Made by a program: the position numbers and the translations under genes. From Gemmatimonadota bacterium (GTDB lineage Bacteria; Gemmatimonadota; Gemmatimonadetes; Palauibacterales; Palauibacteraceae): a stretch of 31,647 bases of DNA. Where the stretch lies: contig JBHIAV010000033.1 in NCBI GenBank assembly GCA_046758745.1, forward strand, positions 1-31,647, read 5' to 3'. The notes under the pieces were generated by a model that worked only from the letters and a program-made list of their open reading frames with translations, was not told the DNA's origin and searched no databases. Shown one piece after another: positions 19,144 through 27,769 of the stretch (the first letter of the stretch is position 1; every line of letters begins with the position of its first letter).

Positions 19144-19596
19144 ATGAGCGTCGAGGTACGGGCTGCGGTGCCAAAGGACCGGGACCGGATCGCTCTCTTC
19201 AACCAGGCGCTGGCGCGGGAGACGGAGGGGCGGGAGCTCGACCGGAAGACGCTGCTCAGGGGGGTGGAGGCCGTTCTCGGTGATCCCGCGCGGGGCCGCT
19301 ACCTGGTGGCGGAGAAGGACGGGGAGGTGGTGGGTCAGCTGGCCATCACGTACGAGTGGAGCGACTGGCGCAACGGCCGGGTGTGGTGGATCCAGAGCGT
19401 CTACGTCTCGCGACACCATCGAAGGGAAGGGGTCTACTCCGCCCTCCACCGGTACGTGCGGGAGCTCGCTCGCGCGGAGAAGGCGGTGGGGCTCCGCCTG
19501 TACACGGAGCGGGACAACGAGCCGGCCCATCGGGCCTATCGGGCTCTGGGGATGTCGGAGTCCAGCTACGTGATGTACGAGGAGATGTGGGGGTGA
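19144..19596 (+). CDS. GNAT-family N-acetyltransferase
   Basis: SD GGAGG; TYEWSDWRNG, WIQSVYV, RREGVY (motif A), LRLY and N-x-x-A-x-x-x-Y-x-x-LG. Confidence 0.92.
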   Translation: MSVEVRAAVPKDRDRIALFNQALARETEGRELDRKTLLRGVEAVLGDPARGRYLVAEKDGEVVGQLAITYEWSDWRNGRVWWIQSVYVSRHHRREGVYSALHRYVRELARAEKAVGLRLYTERDNEPAHRAYRALGMSESSYVMYEEMWG

Positions 19597-19666
19597 GCCG
19601 GCGTGCATGCCCGCCCGATGGGTCCACGCTGCGCCACCCGCGCCCGGAGCTGTCGGCGAGCTGCGC

Positions 19667-19837
19667 TCATCCGCGCCGCCACTTCATGTACTCGAACACC
19701 GTCCGGCAGCGGCGGCAGTAGTACTGGCTGGTCGACAGGGCGGAGCCGAAAGCGGCGAACTGCTCCGTGTCGAAATTGCTGCAGAAGGGGCAGCGCGCCC
19801 GTTCCGGAAGCGCTCCGGACCGGAGGGTTTCGTCCAT
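19667..19837 (-). CDS. Stand-alone PaaD-type zinc beta-ribbon protein
   Basis: CPFC-x(4)-TE...FGS...YYCRRCRTVFEYMK matches the C-terminal ribbon of PaaD; start could be as far upstream as 19966. Confidence 0.8.
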   Translation of the reverse strand: MDETLRSGALPERARCPFCSNFDTEQFAAFGSALSTSQYYCRRCRTVFEYMKWRRG

Positions 19838-19981
19838 CCCATCGGAGTCGTGACCCTCGCCGGAGGCGGCCGGAGTGCTCTTGCCGGCCCTATCCGGGGC
19901 ACTCTTCCCGGGCCCTTCCGGGGCTCCCGTCCCGCTTCCTTCCGGATCCCCATCGCCGCGCAACACAGGCCGCCCTCGCCC

Positions 19982-20824
19982 CTAGTCGAGGAGCAGCGCT
20001 CGGTTCCGGTCGCCGCGCACCCGGGCGAGGGTGTCCGGATCCGGACCGCCCCCTTCCGACCTGCGTCGCCGCTCGGCGCTCCAATCCTTCCAGGAGGGTT
20101 CCGCCCGGCTCTTCCAGGCGCCGTTCTCCCGAACGGCGAGCTCGAGACCCGCGGACCCCACCACCGGCCCTACCTTGCCGAGCCACCGGGCGCGCAGAGC
20201 GTCGGGGCCCGCCGTCATGACGCCGACCTCGGCGAGGGCCACGCCGAGCGCATCGTCGGAGGGACCGAACCAGCGCAGACAGGCCTCCCAAGCGGGCTGG
20301 AAGGCCACGCGGAGCGCCTCTCGTCCCCTCTCGCTGGACGCGAGACGGATCGTCCACCCGCGCCCGTGTTCGAAGTGGAACCGCTCCTCGTCGAGCAGCT
20401 TGCGCACCTTGTAGTGGAGCGGCTCGAAGCGACTCTCCTCCATCGACTCGAACACGACGGTCAGGGCGCTGTCCACCAGAAGGTTGAGGGCGAGAAGCTC
20501 CGGCCACTCGCCGATCGGGGAGTCGAGCAGCTCGATGTTCCGATACTCCGAGGCCTCGCGCTCGTGCTCCAACCGGTCGGGATCGTGCCCGAAGTCCCTG
20601 AGCATGGCGTACAGGATGCGGCCGTGTCCCCACTCGTCCTGCGCCATGGCGGAGCAGGAGATCCCCGCCTCCAGAGCCGGAGCTCCGAGGATCCAGTCCG
20701 AGTAGCGGAGGCCGAGGAGCCGCTTGTTGTCGGCGAGGGTGAGCAGCAGGTCCGCGAGCGGCTTCCTGACCTCGTCGGGGAGCTCGAGGGCCGACTTGAA
20801 GCTGCGAGCGTGTCCGTCGGTCAT
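19982..20824 (-). CDS. paaC: PaaC-like ferritin-fold subunit of an aryl-CoA epoxidase-type di-iron oxygenase
   Basis: LAD-x-x-x-x-LG-x-RYSDW-x-x-GAPALE, QDEWGH and EERFH; operon context. Confidence 0.85.
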   Translation of the reverse strand: MTDGHARSFKSALELPDEVRKPLADLLLTLADNKRLLGLRYSDWILGAPALEAGISCSAMAQDEWGHGRILYAMLRDFGHDPDRLEHEREASEYRNIELLDSPIGEWPELLALNLLVDSALTVVFESMEESRFEPLHYKVRKLLDEERFHFEHGRGWTIRLASSERGREALRVAFQPAWEACLRWFGPSDDALGVALAEVGVMTAGPDALRARWLGKVGPVVGSAGLELAVRENGAWKSRAEPSWKDWSAERRRRSEGGGPDPDTLARVRGDRNRALLLD

Positions 20825-20882
20825 GTGGAAGTTGGCCGAGCTCTCCGTGCCGACGTCGGGCCCTGCGGCGTTGTCAGGTCCT

Positions 20883-21191
20883 TCACGCGAACGGCGTCCC
20901 GTACCCGGGCGGCGGCTCGGTGTCGGCGCTGGATCCCTCACCCACCGGCGGCGGGCCGCCCAGTGTGAAGGGCGCTTCCTGCCGATTCACCTGGAAGAAG
21001 GCATCGCGCGGCGCGACGGCCATCTCGAACCACTTCTGCTCATCGTACGTCTGCCAGGCGTAAACACGGGCGAGCTCCCGGCTCGGTGCCTGCACCGTGC
21101 CGATGTGCTGAAAGCGATCCGCCCGATCCTTGCGCGCGAACACCTCGAAGATCCGGTCCTCCACCTCCAGAGGACTGACTTTCCCCCTCAT
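20883..21191 (-). CDS. paaB: PaaB-like small subunit
   Basis: FEVFAR...HIGTVQAP...A...Y motif of the PaaB family; lies between the DUF59 and PaaC-like genes. Confidence 0.8.
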   Translation of the reverse strand: MRGKVSPLEVEDRIFEVFARKDRADRFQHIGTVQAPSRELARVYAWQTYDEQKWFEMAVAPRDAFFQVNRQEAPFTLGGPPPVGEGSSADTEPPPGYGTPFA

Positions 21192-21207
21192 CTCGAAGCC
21201 ATCGCCC

Positions 21208-21681
21208 TCACACCGACACCCCGACGCGTCCGAGGATCTCACGCCCGCGATCGGTGATCCGCTCCGTGGTCCACGGAGGGTCCCAGGTCACCTCGATGAG
21301 GACTCGCTCGACCCCCGGCTCTCTCAGGAGGCGCTCCCGTACGTCCCAGCGGATGAAGTCCATGCACGGACAGGCGGTAGCGGTGAACGAGAGGCGCACC
21401 GTGACCTCGCCCCTCTCCTCGTCCGCCTCCACGCCGTACACGAGGCCGAGATCGACGAGAGAGATGGGGAATTCCGGGTCCGACACCTCGTAGAGCGCCC
21501 GGTGCGCTCGCTCCGCCAGGTCGCCCGGCGGCGCGTCGAACTGCGGGGGTGGCGGGATGTCCCCCCGTCGGCCCTGCGTGGCCCGAAGCACCGCCGCGAA
21601 GTTCATCCCCTCCTCGTAGCGGGGCCGGCGTATCTCTTCGCTCGCTCCGTTACCCTCTCGCCTCAGCCGGACGAGGGTCAT
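21208..21681 (-). CDS. paaD: DUF59 / FeS-assembly-P (PaaD N-terminal-like) metal-sulfur cluster maturation protein
   Basis: V-x-DPEFPISLVDLGLVY, T-x-x-ACP and WDPPWT; ATG overlaps the paaA stop (ATGA); alternative start 21606 with SD GAGGAGG; no Zn ribbon. Confidence 0.85.
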   Translation of the reverse strand: MTLVRLRREGNGASEEIRRPRYEEGMNFAAVLRATQGRRGDIPPPPQFDAPPGDLAERAHRALYEVSDPEFPISLVDLGLVYGVEADEERGEVTVRLSFTATACPCMDFIRWDVRERLLREPGVERVLIEVTWDPPWTTERITDRGREILGRVGVSV

Positions 21682-22616
21682 GCGGCCAGCATCCTCTCGA
21701 CGCTGAAGCGGCTCTTCCGAACCGACTCCACGTACCGCTGGTTCATCGGACCCCGGCCCTTCCAACGTGCGAACACCTCCTCCCAGGTGATCGGCTCGTC
21801 GAACAGCCACCGCCGCTCATCCGGGTCGTACTGGCAGGGGAGCTCGTACTCGAGTTCCACCTCCTCCGTCTCCGGGTTCACGCGCGCCGGAACCTTGTAG
21901 CCGAGCTCGTCGCACAGAGGGACGACCGCCTTGAGCCATGTCTGCCGAAGCTGGTCGTTCGTCATCCCCTTCAGCTTGAACTCGAGCTGCGCGTTGTGCC
22001 GCTTCTTATCGTCCGGCATCCCGAACCATTCGACGCCCATCGGGAACATCCAGTCGAGCGCCCGCTGCACCGTCTCCTTGGCCGCGCCGCCGGCCTCGGC
22101 GAAGCGCCGCATCCACACCTCTCCGTGCCGGAGGTGGAAGTTCTCCTCCATGTCCACCTTCACGAGAGCCCGCTTCAGCGGCCCGTAGCTCGTGTTCCGG
22201 TAGACATCGCCGAGCAGGGTGATCCCGGCCCTGTCGTACAGCCCGTTCGCAGCAATCAGCTCGGCCCAGTTCTCCAGAGGCTGGTCGAAGCCGTACGGGT
22301 GCTTGAACTTGCGCGGTTCCCGTTCGTAGAGGAGCCAGTGCCGGTCGATCCCGAGGTCCTCGAGGAGCCGGTAGGCGATGTTCGCGTGTCCCAGCTCGTC
22401 CTGGATGATGGCCGTCGCCGAGACCATCGTGTTCGTGGAGGGGGCGTCGCGGGCCGCCATGAAGTAGGCCGGCGCGCTGATGAGCTCCGTGTCCCCCTGA
22501 ACGGTGAGCTGCGTGATGAGCGCTTTCTTGTAGCTCTCGGTCATGTCGGCTTCGGACTCCACGATGAAGCCTTCATGGACCTTGCGCTGCAGCTCATCGT
22601 CGGTGAAACGCGCCAT
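21678..22616 (-). CDS. paaA: PaaA-like catalytic di-iron subunit (1,2-phenylacetyl-CoA epoxidase family)
   Basis: QGDTE, APS, QDELGH, YD, TSYGP, EENFH, WMFP-x-x-x-x-WFG and NDQLRQ; SD GGAGG/AAGGA. Confidence 0.88.
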   Translation of the reverse strand: MARFTDDELQRKVHEGFIVESEADMTESYKKALITQLTVQGDTELISAPAYFMAARDAPSTNTMVSATAIIQDELGHANIAYRLLEDLGIDRHWLLYEREPRKFKHPYGFDQPLENWAELIAANGLYDRAGITLLGDVYRNTSYGPLKRALVKVDMEENFHLRHGEVWMRRFAEAGGAAKETVQRALDWMFPMGVEWFGMPDDKKRHNAQLEFKLKGMTNDQLRQTWLKAVVPLCDELGYKVPARVNPETEEVELEYELPCQYDPDERRWLFDEPITWEEVFARWKGRGPMNQRYVESVRKSRFSVERMLAA

Positions 22617-22649
22617 ACGTCCTTCCCTCCGTTCGACTCGGGGGGGCGG

Positions 22650-22677
22650 AATCTAGCCGGATCCCGCCGGGCGGCAA
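22650..22677 (-). promoter_or_regulatory. Candidate sigma70 promoter for the Paa-like operon
   Basis: TTGCCG (22677-22672), 16-bp spacer, TAGATT (22655-22650), about 35 nt upstream of the paaA ATG. Confidence 0.4.
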
Positions 22678-22741
22678 AACGGCGCCGGAGCCGGTCCAGC
22701 CTGCGCCACCATGAGCCCGGCGGGAGCGCGCCCGGCTCCGC

Positions 22742-24499
22742 CTAGTCGGCCGCCAGGAACGGATATCGATAATCCCTCGGCGGGGCGAAGGTCTCCTTGA
22801 TGGCCCGCGGCGACACCCAACGGAGCAGGTTGAGGATCGACCCCGCCTTGTCGTTGGTTCCGCTCGCCCGGCCGCCGCCGAACGGCTGTTTTCCGACGAC
22901 GGCCCCGGTCGGTTTGTCGTTGATGTAGAAGTTTCCGGCCGCATGGCGGAGGGCGGAGGCCGCCTGCCGGATCGCGCCTCCCTCCCGAGCGAATACGGCG
23001 CCCGTGAGGGCGTAGGGCGAAGTCGCGTCTACCAGCGCCAGCGTCTCCTCCCACCTCTTCTCCGGATAGACGTGGACGGTGACCACCGGCCCGAAGATCT
23101 CCTCGCACATCAGCCGGTGACCGGGATCCTGGGCGAGCACCACGGTCGGATCGATGAAGTATCCCACCTCGTCGGAGAAGCCGCCGCCGAAGACGATCTC
23201 GGTCTCCGCCGATTGCCGAGCGTGCTCGATATAGCCGGTGATCGAGTCGAACGCGCTCCGGTCGATCACGGCGGCCATGAAGTTCTGGAAATCCGCCGGA
23301 TCCCCGACGCGGATCTCCGACAGCATCTCGCCTACCCGGTCCCGCACCTCAGGCCACAGGTTGGCCGGCACGTACACCCGCGAGGCCGCGCTGCACTTTT
23401 GCCCCTGGTACTCGAAGGCTCCCCGCACGACCGCCACGGCGAGCGCCTGCGGGTCGGCCGAGGCGTGGGCGACGATGAAATCCTTTCCGCCCGTCTCGCC
23501 GACCACGCGGGGATAGGAGCGGTAGTCGGAAAGGTTCTCGGCCACCTGGCGCCACAGGAGCTGGAAGGTGGCGGTGGAGCCGGTGAAGTGGATCCCGGCC
23601 AGCTCGGGGCTGGCGAGAAGCACCTCGCTCATCGCCGCGGAGTCGCCGGGCACGAAGTTGATGACGCCGGGGGGAAGGCCGGCCTCCTCCAGGACGCGCA
23701 TGATGTAGTAGGAGCTCAGGATGGCGGTCGTCGCGGGCTTCCAGATGGAGACGTTGCCCATGATGGCGGGCGAGGTCGGGAGGTTCCCGCCGATGGAGGT
23801 GAAGTTGAACGGGGTGATCGCGTACACGAACCCCTCCAGCGGACGGTGGTCGAGCTGGTTCCACTGCCCGGGGGCCGACTCCGGCTGCTCTTCGTACAGC
23901 CGACTCGCGAAGTGGACGTTGAAACGCCAGAAATCGATGAGCTCGCAGGCGGCGTCGATCTCCGCCTGATGGACCGTCTTGCTCTGCCCGAGCATGGTTG
24001 CGGCGTTGAGCGTCGCTCTCCAGGGGCCCGCGAGGAGCTCGGCTGCCCGCAGGAAGACGGCCGCCCGGTCTTCCCAGCTCCACGCCGACCACTCCCGCCA
24101 GGCCTCACGCGCCGCTTCGATCGCGGCGTGCGTCTCCTCCGTTCCCGCCCGGTGGGCCCGAGCGAGGATGTGGCCATGGTCATGCGGCATCACCACGTCC
24201 ACGCGCTGGCCGGTTCGCACCTCCTCACCGCCGATGATGAGGGGAATCTCGATCTCCTCGGCACTCATCCCCTGAAGCGTCGTTCGGATCTCCGCGCGCT
24301 CCGGAGAGCCCGGCACGTACCCCAGCACGGGCTCGTTTGCGGGGGGAGGAGGACGGAGATGCGCCGCCCGCGGCGCGATCGTGCCCTCCCTGCCGGCCAC
24401 CGCGCCGCCCTCTCCGCCCCGTGCCGGGGCGCGGGCCGGGCGGGCCTCGGACGTCGGGGTCGGTGCGGGACCGGGCGGCGTGACCGTCTTGCTGCTCAT
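22742..24499 (-). CDS. pruA: L-glutamate gamma-semialdehyde (delta-1-pyrroline-5-carboxylate) dehydrogenase
   Basis: NEPV, QAEIDAACELIDF, TPFNF, FTGS, catalytic ETGGK and GQKCSA, EEIFGP, YINDKPTGAVVG; SD AAGGAGG; low-complexity N-terminal extension. Confidence 0.95.
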   Translation of the reverse strand: MSSKTVTPPGPAPTPTSEARPARAPARGGEGGAVAGREGTIAPRAAHLRPPPPANEPVLGYVPGSPERAEIRTTLQGMSAEEIEIPLIIGGEEVRTGQRVDVVMPHDHGHILARAHRAGTEETHAAIEAAREAWREWSAWSWEDRAAVFLRAAELLAGPWRATLNAATMLGQSKTVHQAEIDAACELIDFWRFNVHFASRLYEEQPESAPGQWNQLDHRPLEGFVYAITPFNFTSIGGNLPTSPAIMGNVSIWKPATTAILSSYYIMRVLEEAGLPPGVINFVPGDSAAMSEVLLASPELAGIHFTGSTATFQLLWRQVAENLSDYRSYPRVVGETGGKDFIVAHASADPQALAVAVVRGAFEYQGQKCSAASRVYVPANLWPEVRDRVGEMLSEIRVGDPADFQNFMAAVIDRSAFDSITGYIEHARQSAETEIVFGGGFSDEVGYFIDPTVVLAQDPGHRLMCEEIFGPVVTVHVYPEKRWEETLALVDATSPYALTGAVFAREGGAIRQAASALRHAAGNFYINDKPTGAVVGKQPFGGGRASGTNDKAGSILNLLRWVSPRAIKETFAPPRDYRYPFLAAD

Positions 24500-24708
24500 C
24501 TCCCCCTCCTTCGAAGAACGGACCTGCCGTGAGCCTCAGGGTGCGGCACGGTTTTCGCTGGGCAGCGCGCCGGCGCGCCCGAGGCCGCCGGAACCTTCGG
24601 CCACCTCCGGACCGTTTCCCCCTGGGCTGCGTACCGGGCTGTCCGGCGCGAATCGGCTTGACCCGGGTATGGGATCCTATTCACCTATCGACATGAAGGC
24701 TACTCTCG

Positions 24709-25263
24709 ATGGCTGACGAGTTCGACTACCGAAGGTACTGGAAAGCCGGCCTTTCCTGGAACGAATTCCGCTCCGGCGGGATCCGCAAGAACCGCGAGCT
24801 GTGGGAAGGCGTGTACCGCAAGACGCGCATTCCTGACTGGGCCGTGGAGCGCATGACGGAGCTGGGGGTCCACGTCCGGCTGCTCGTCATCGCCGAGGAC
24901 TGGTGCGGCGACGCTGCCAACACCGTACCGCTGTTCGTGCGGTTCTCCGAAGCGGTCCCGGGGCTGGAGCTCCGGATCGTCAAGCGGGATGAGCATCCCG
25001 AGCTCATGGATCGCCACCTCACGAACGGGTCGCGGTCCATCCCGATCGTGATCGCGCTCGACGCGAGCGACGAGCCCATGGCCGTGTGGGGCCCGCGACC
25101 CGCGGAGCTCCAGAAGTTCGTGATCGGCGAGAAGCAGGCCGGCTCGCGCCCGACGGGCGACATCTACCGGGACGCGCGCCGGTGGTACGCGAGGGACCGC
25201 GGAGAGACGACGCTGCGGGAGTTCCTGGATTGCATAGCGGCCCCCGTGGCGACGGGAGGCTGA
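24709..25263 (+). CDS. Thioredoxin-family protein (Thioredoxin_9-like)
   Basis: EDWCGDA, LTNGSRSIP and WGPRP motifs. Confidence 0.9.
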   Translation: MADEFDYRRYWKAGLSWNEFRSGGIRKNRELWEGVYRKTRIPDWAVERMTELGVHVRLLVIAEDWCGDAANTVPLFVRFSEAVPGLELRIVKRDEHPELMDRHLTNGSRSIPIVIALDASDEPMAVWGPRPAELQKFVIGEKQAGSRPTGDIYRDARRWYARDRGETTLREFLDCIAAPVATGG

Positions 25264-25383
25264 CGCTCCGCCCGGAGGTTCGGGACGCGGTGCGGCCGGA
25301 GCGATGGCCTCGGCGCCGGGCACGGACCCTGCAGCGCCGCACCCCCTTCGGATACCGGACCACACTACTAAGGAGGCTCGACC

Positions 25384-26865
25384 ATGCCTGACGCCCGTGG
25401 CCGGATGCGCGGCGCTCGACCTCTCGCCTTGGCCATCGCCCTGGGGCTCGCCGCCGTGCTCGGGGACGCCGCCCGCCTCCCGGCACAGGACATCGAGGGG
25501 GAGATCGGGGCGGTCGCCGAGCGTCTCGAGGCGGCACGGGCCGCGCGCCTTCACCTCATCGCCCCGCGGCACTTGGACCGGGCGACCGAGCGACTGGTGG
25601 ACGCCCGGGCCCGCTACGAGCGTGGCGGACGGATCGAGGACATCCGGCGGCGCTTGAACGAAGCCAACCGAGAGCTGGCGGAGGCCGAGCAGCTCGAGGA
25701 GATCGGCGGGGTTCTGCTACGCGGCGCCCTCGAGGCGCGCTCCGATGCGCTCGAGGCCAACGCGCCGGAGTTCGCCGCGAAGCTGTGGGATGAAGGCGAG
25801 AAGATGATCCGGGACGCCGGCCGAAGGGTCGAGAACGGCGATCAGAACGGGGCGAGGGAGCGCGGGTCGCGGGCGGAGCGGCGCTACCGCGAGGCCGAGT
25901 TCGCCTCCATCCAGGCGGACGTGCTCGGGCGCGCGCGGGACCTCCGTCAGGCCGGGATGCGGGTGAAGGCGGACCGACGCGCTCCGGCCACCTTCGCGCT
26001 GGCCGACTCGCTCTTCCGGGAGGCGGAGCTGGTGCTTCAGGGCGATCGCTACCAGCGCTCCGACGCCCGCCAGTACGCCGAATCGGCCGCCGAGGAGTAT
26101 CGGCACGCCGGCTGGATCGCGAGCCTGGTGGACAGCGTGGAGGCGCGGAGGCTCTCCGTCGAGGAGCTCATCCTCCGGCATGAGGCCGAAGTGGCCCGGA
26201 TCGCCGAGGCACTCAACTTCGAGCCTCGGTTCGTACGCGGCTCGATGCCCGTCACCGAGCACGCGCTGGCCGCCGTCCAGAGTGTTTACGAGGACCGCGA
26301 CAACCTGCGCAGCGAGCTGGCGGCCCGAGAGACCGAGATATCGGGACTCGCGAGTCAGCTCGACTCTCTGGACGCCCGGCTCGCCGAGCTGGAGCAGCGA
26401 GAGGCCACCGTCGCGGCGGAGCTCCGCGAGCGCGAGAGGCGGGAGCGCAAGCTGCGCGAGGTTCGGGCCATCTTCTCGCGGGACGAGGCCGAGGTGCTGC
26501 TTGGCGGCGGCCTCCTCATCGTCCGCCTGTACGGCCTCTCCTTCGCGTCCGGCTCGGCCGAGATCAGCCCAGACAACTTCTCCCTCCTCACCAAGCTGCA
26601 GCGGGTGCTGCGGGAGTTCCCGAACTCGCTGATCACGATACAGGGGCACACGGACTCGCAGGGGAACGACGACTACAACCAGGCGCTCAGCGAGCGCCGG
26701 GCAATCGCGGTACGCGAATACCTGCTGGCGAACATGGCGCTGAGCTCCGATCGGGTCGAGGCAGTGGGCTTCGGTGAGTCACGGCCGATCGCGACAAACG
26801 ATACCGAGGAGGGGCGGGCCAAGAACAGGCGCATCGAAGTGTCCGTGTCGGTTGTGGGAGCGTGA
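25384..26865 (+). CDS. OmpA-family peptidoglycan-binding protein with long helical/coiled-coil N-terminus
   Basis: SD TAAGGAGG; signal peptide; C-terminal GHTDSQG, NQALSERRA-x-AV-x-x-YL, GFGESRP and NRRIE. Confidence 0.92.
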   Translation: MPDARGRMRGARPLALAIALGLAAVLGDAARLPAQDIEGEIGAVAERLEAARAARLHLIAPRHLDRATERLVDARARYERGGRIEDIRRRLNEANRELAEAEQLEEIGGVLLRGALEARSDALEANAPEFAAKLWDEGEKMIRDAGRRVENGDQNGARERGSRAERRYREAEFASIQADVLGRARDLRQAGMRVKADRRAPATFALADSLFREAELVLQGDRYQRSDARQYAESAAEEYRHAGWIASLVDSVEARRLSVEELILRHEAEVARIAEALNFEPRFVRGSMPVTEHALAAVQSVYEDRDNLRSELAARETEISGLASQLDSLDARLAELEQREATVAAELRERERRERKLREVRAIFSRDEAEVLLGGGLLIVRLYGLSFASGSAEISPDNFSLLTKLQRVLREFPNSLITIQGHTDSQGNDDYNQALSERRAIAVREYLLANMALSSDRVEAVGFGESRPIATNDTEEGRAKNRRIEVSVSVVGA

Positions 26866-26877
26866 CCTCCGGCGTGC

Positions 26878-27408
26878 CTAGGCCAGACGGCTTCCGGTCC
26901 TAAGGGATCCTCCCTCCGTCGGTTCGGTGAGCGGCCCGTAAAGGTCGGGCCGGCGGTCGGCGATCGGATCGTATTCGTAGGCGCCGGGTGCTTCCACGAT
27001 GCGGGACGCATCGGCGGCCGCGAAGTCGAAGTCCACATGGATCCTCTGGGGGCCATCTCCGCCCTCGGCGAGAAGATGACCCGTGGGGTCGGCCGCGCAG
27101 CTCCCGCCGTCGAAGCGCGCTCCCCGCTCCACCCCCACCGGGTTCACCGCGAAGTAGTTGACGTGGTTCTCGTACGCGCGGATCTGGACGAGCTCGCGCT
27201 TCAGCCTCTGGTGCGGCCAGTTGGTCGGCAGGACGATGAGCTGCGCCCCGCGGAGCCGCAGGGCGCGTCCGCTCTCGGGGAAGCTGCCGTCGACCAGCCG
27301 CGCGCCCTTGGCCGCGGCGGCTTCGATCGCCGCGCACGCAGCGGCCGTGTTCTCGCCCGTGCGCGCCAACCTCGGGTCGAGCTGGACGCCGCAAACCCGG
27401 GTCGTCAC
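26878..27408 (-). pseudogene. Carbon-nitrogen hydrolase (nitrilase superfamily) remnant with in-frame internal deletion
   Basis: N-terminal VQ...N...GARLV joined directly to DGSFPE-x-x-R...GAQLIVLPTNWP, RAYEN, GxS and DRRPDLY; catalytic Glu, Lys and Cys segments missing; only 176 aa. Confidence 0.75.
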
Positions 27409-27486
27409 GTCCGGCGGCGCGTGCGGAGGAGCGAAGAAGGACGGCCGGACACGACGCGCCTCGACGAGACCCAGGCGGCGAAGCCG

Positions 27487-27717
27487 TCAGGGACCACGGC
27501 GGAACGCGCCGTACGCGGCCAGCCCGACCCCGAGGGCGAACGCCCCGACGGCCAAGCCGAGCCCCAGCCAGCGCCCGACCTCGGCGGCCGTGCCCCTCCG
27601 GCCCGTGCGCCACGGCTCGGCGACCCGTCGGGCGGCCCGGGCGGGCAGGGTCCGCACCGGCTCCACCATGGCCTCCCTTGCGATGCGACCGGCGATCCGG
27701 CCAAGCCGCCGCGCCAT
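27487..27717 (-). CDS. Small Arg-rich hypothetical protein with one C-terminal TM helix
   Basis: Fills the gap between co-oriented genes; hydrophobic WLGLGLAVGAFALGVGLAAYGAF; no clear SD. Confidence 0.4.
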   Translation of the reverse strand: MARRLGRIAGRIAREAMVEPVRTLPARAARRVAEPWRTGRRGTAAEVGRWLGLGLAVGAFALGVGLAAYGAFRRGP

Positions 27718-27769
27718 CAGGGGACGAGCGCTCGGCGAGCGAAGCGCCGCCTGCCCCTCCCGACCCGTC

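Noticed and set aside
24658-24686. TTGACC upstream of the thioredoxin gene
   Set aside because: No convincing -10 at a 16-18 bp spacing
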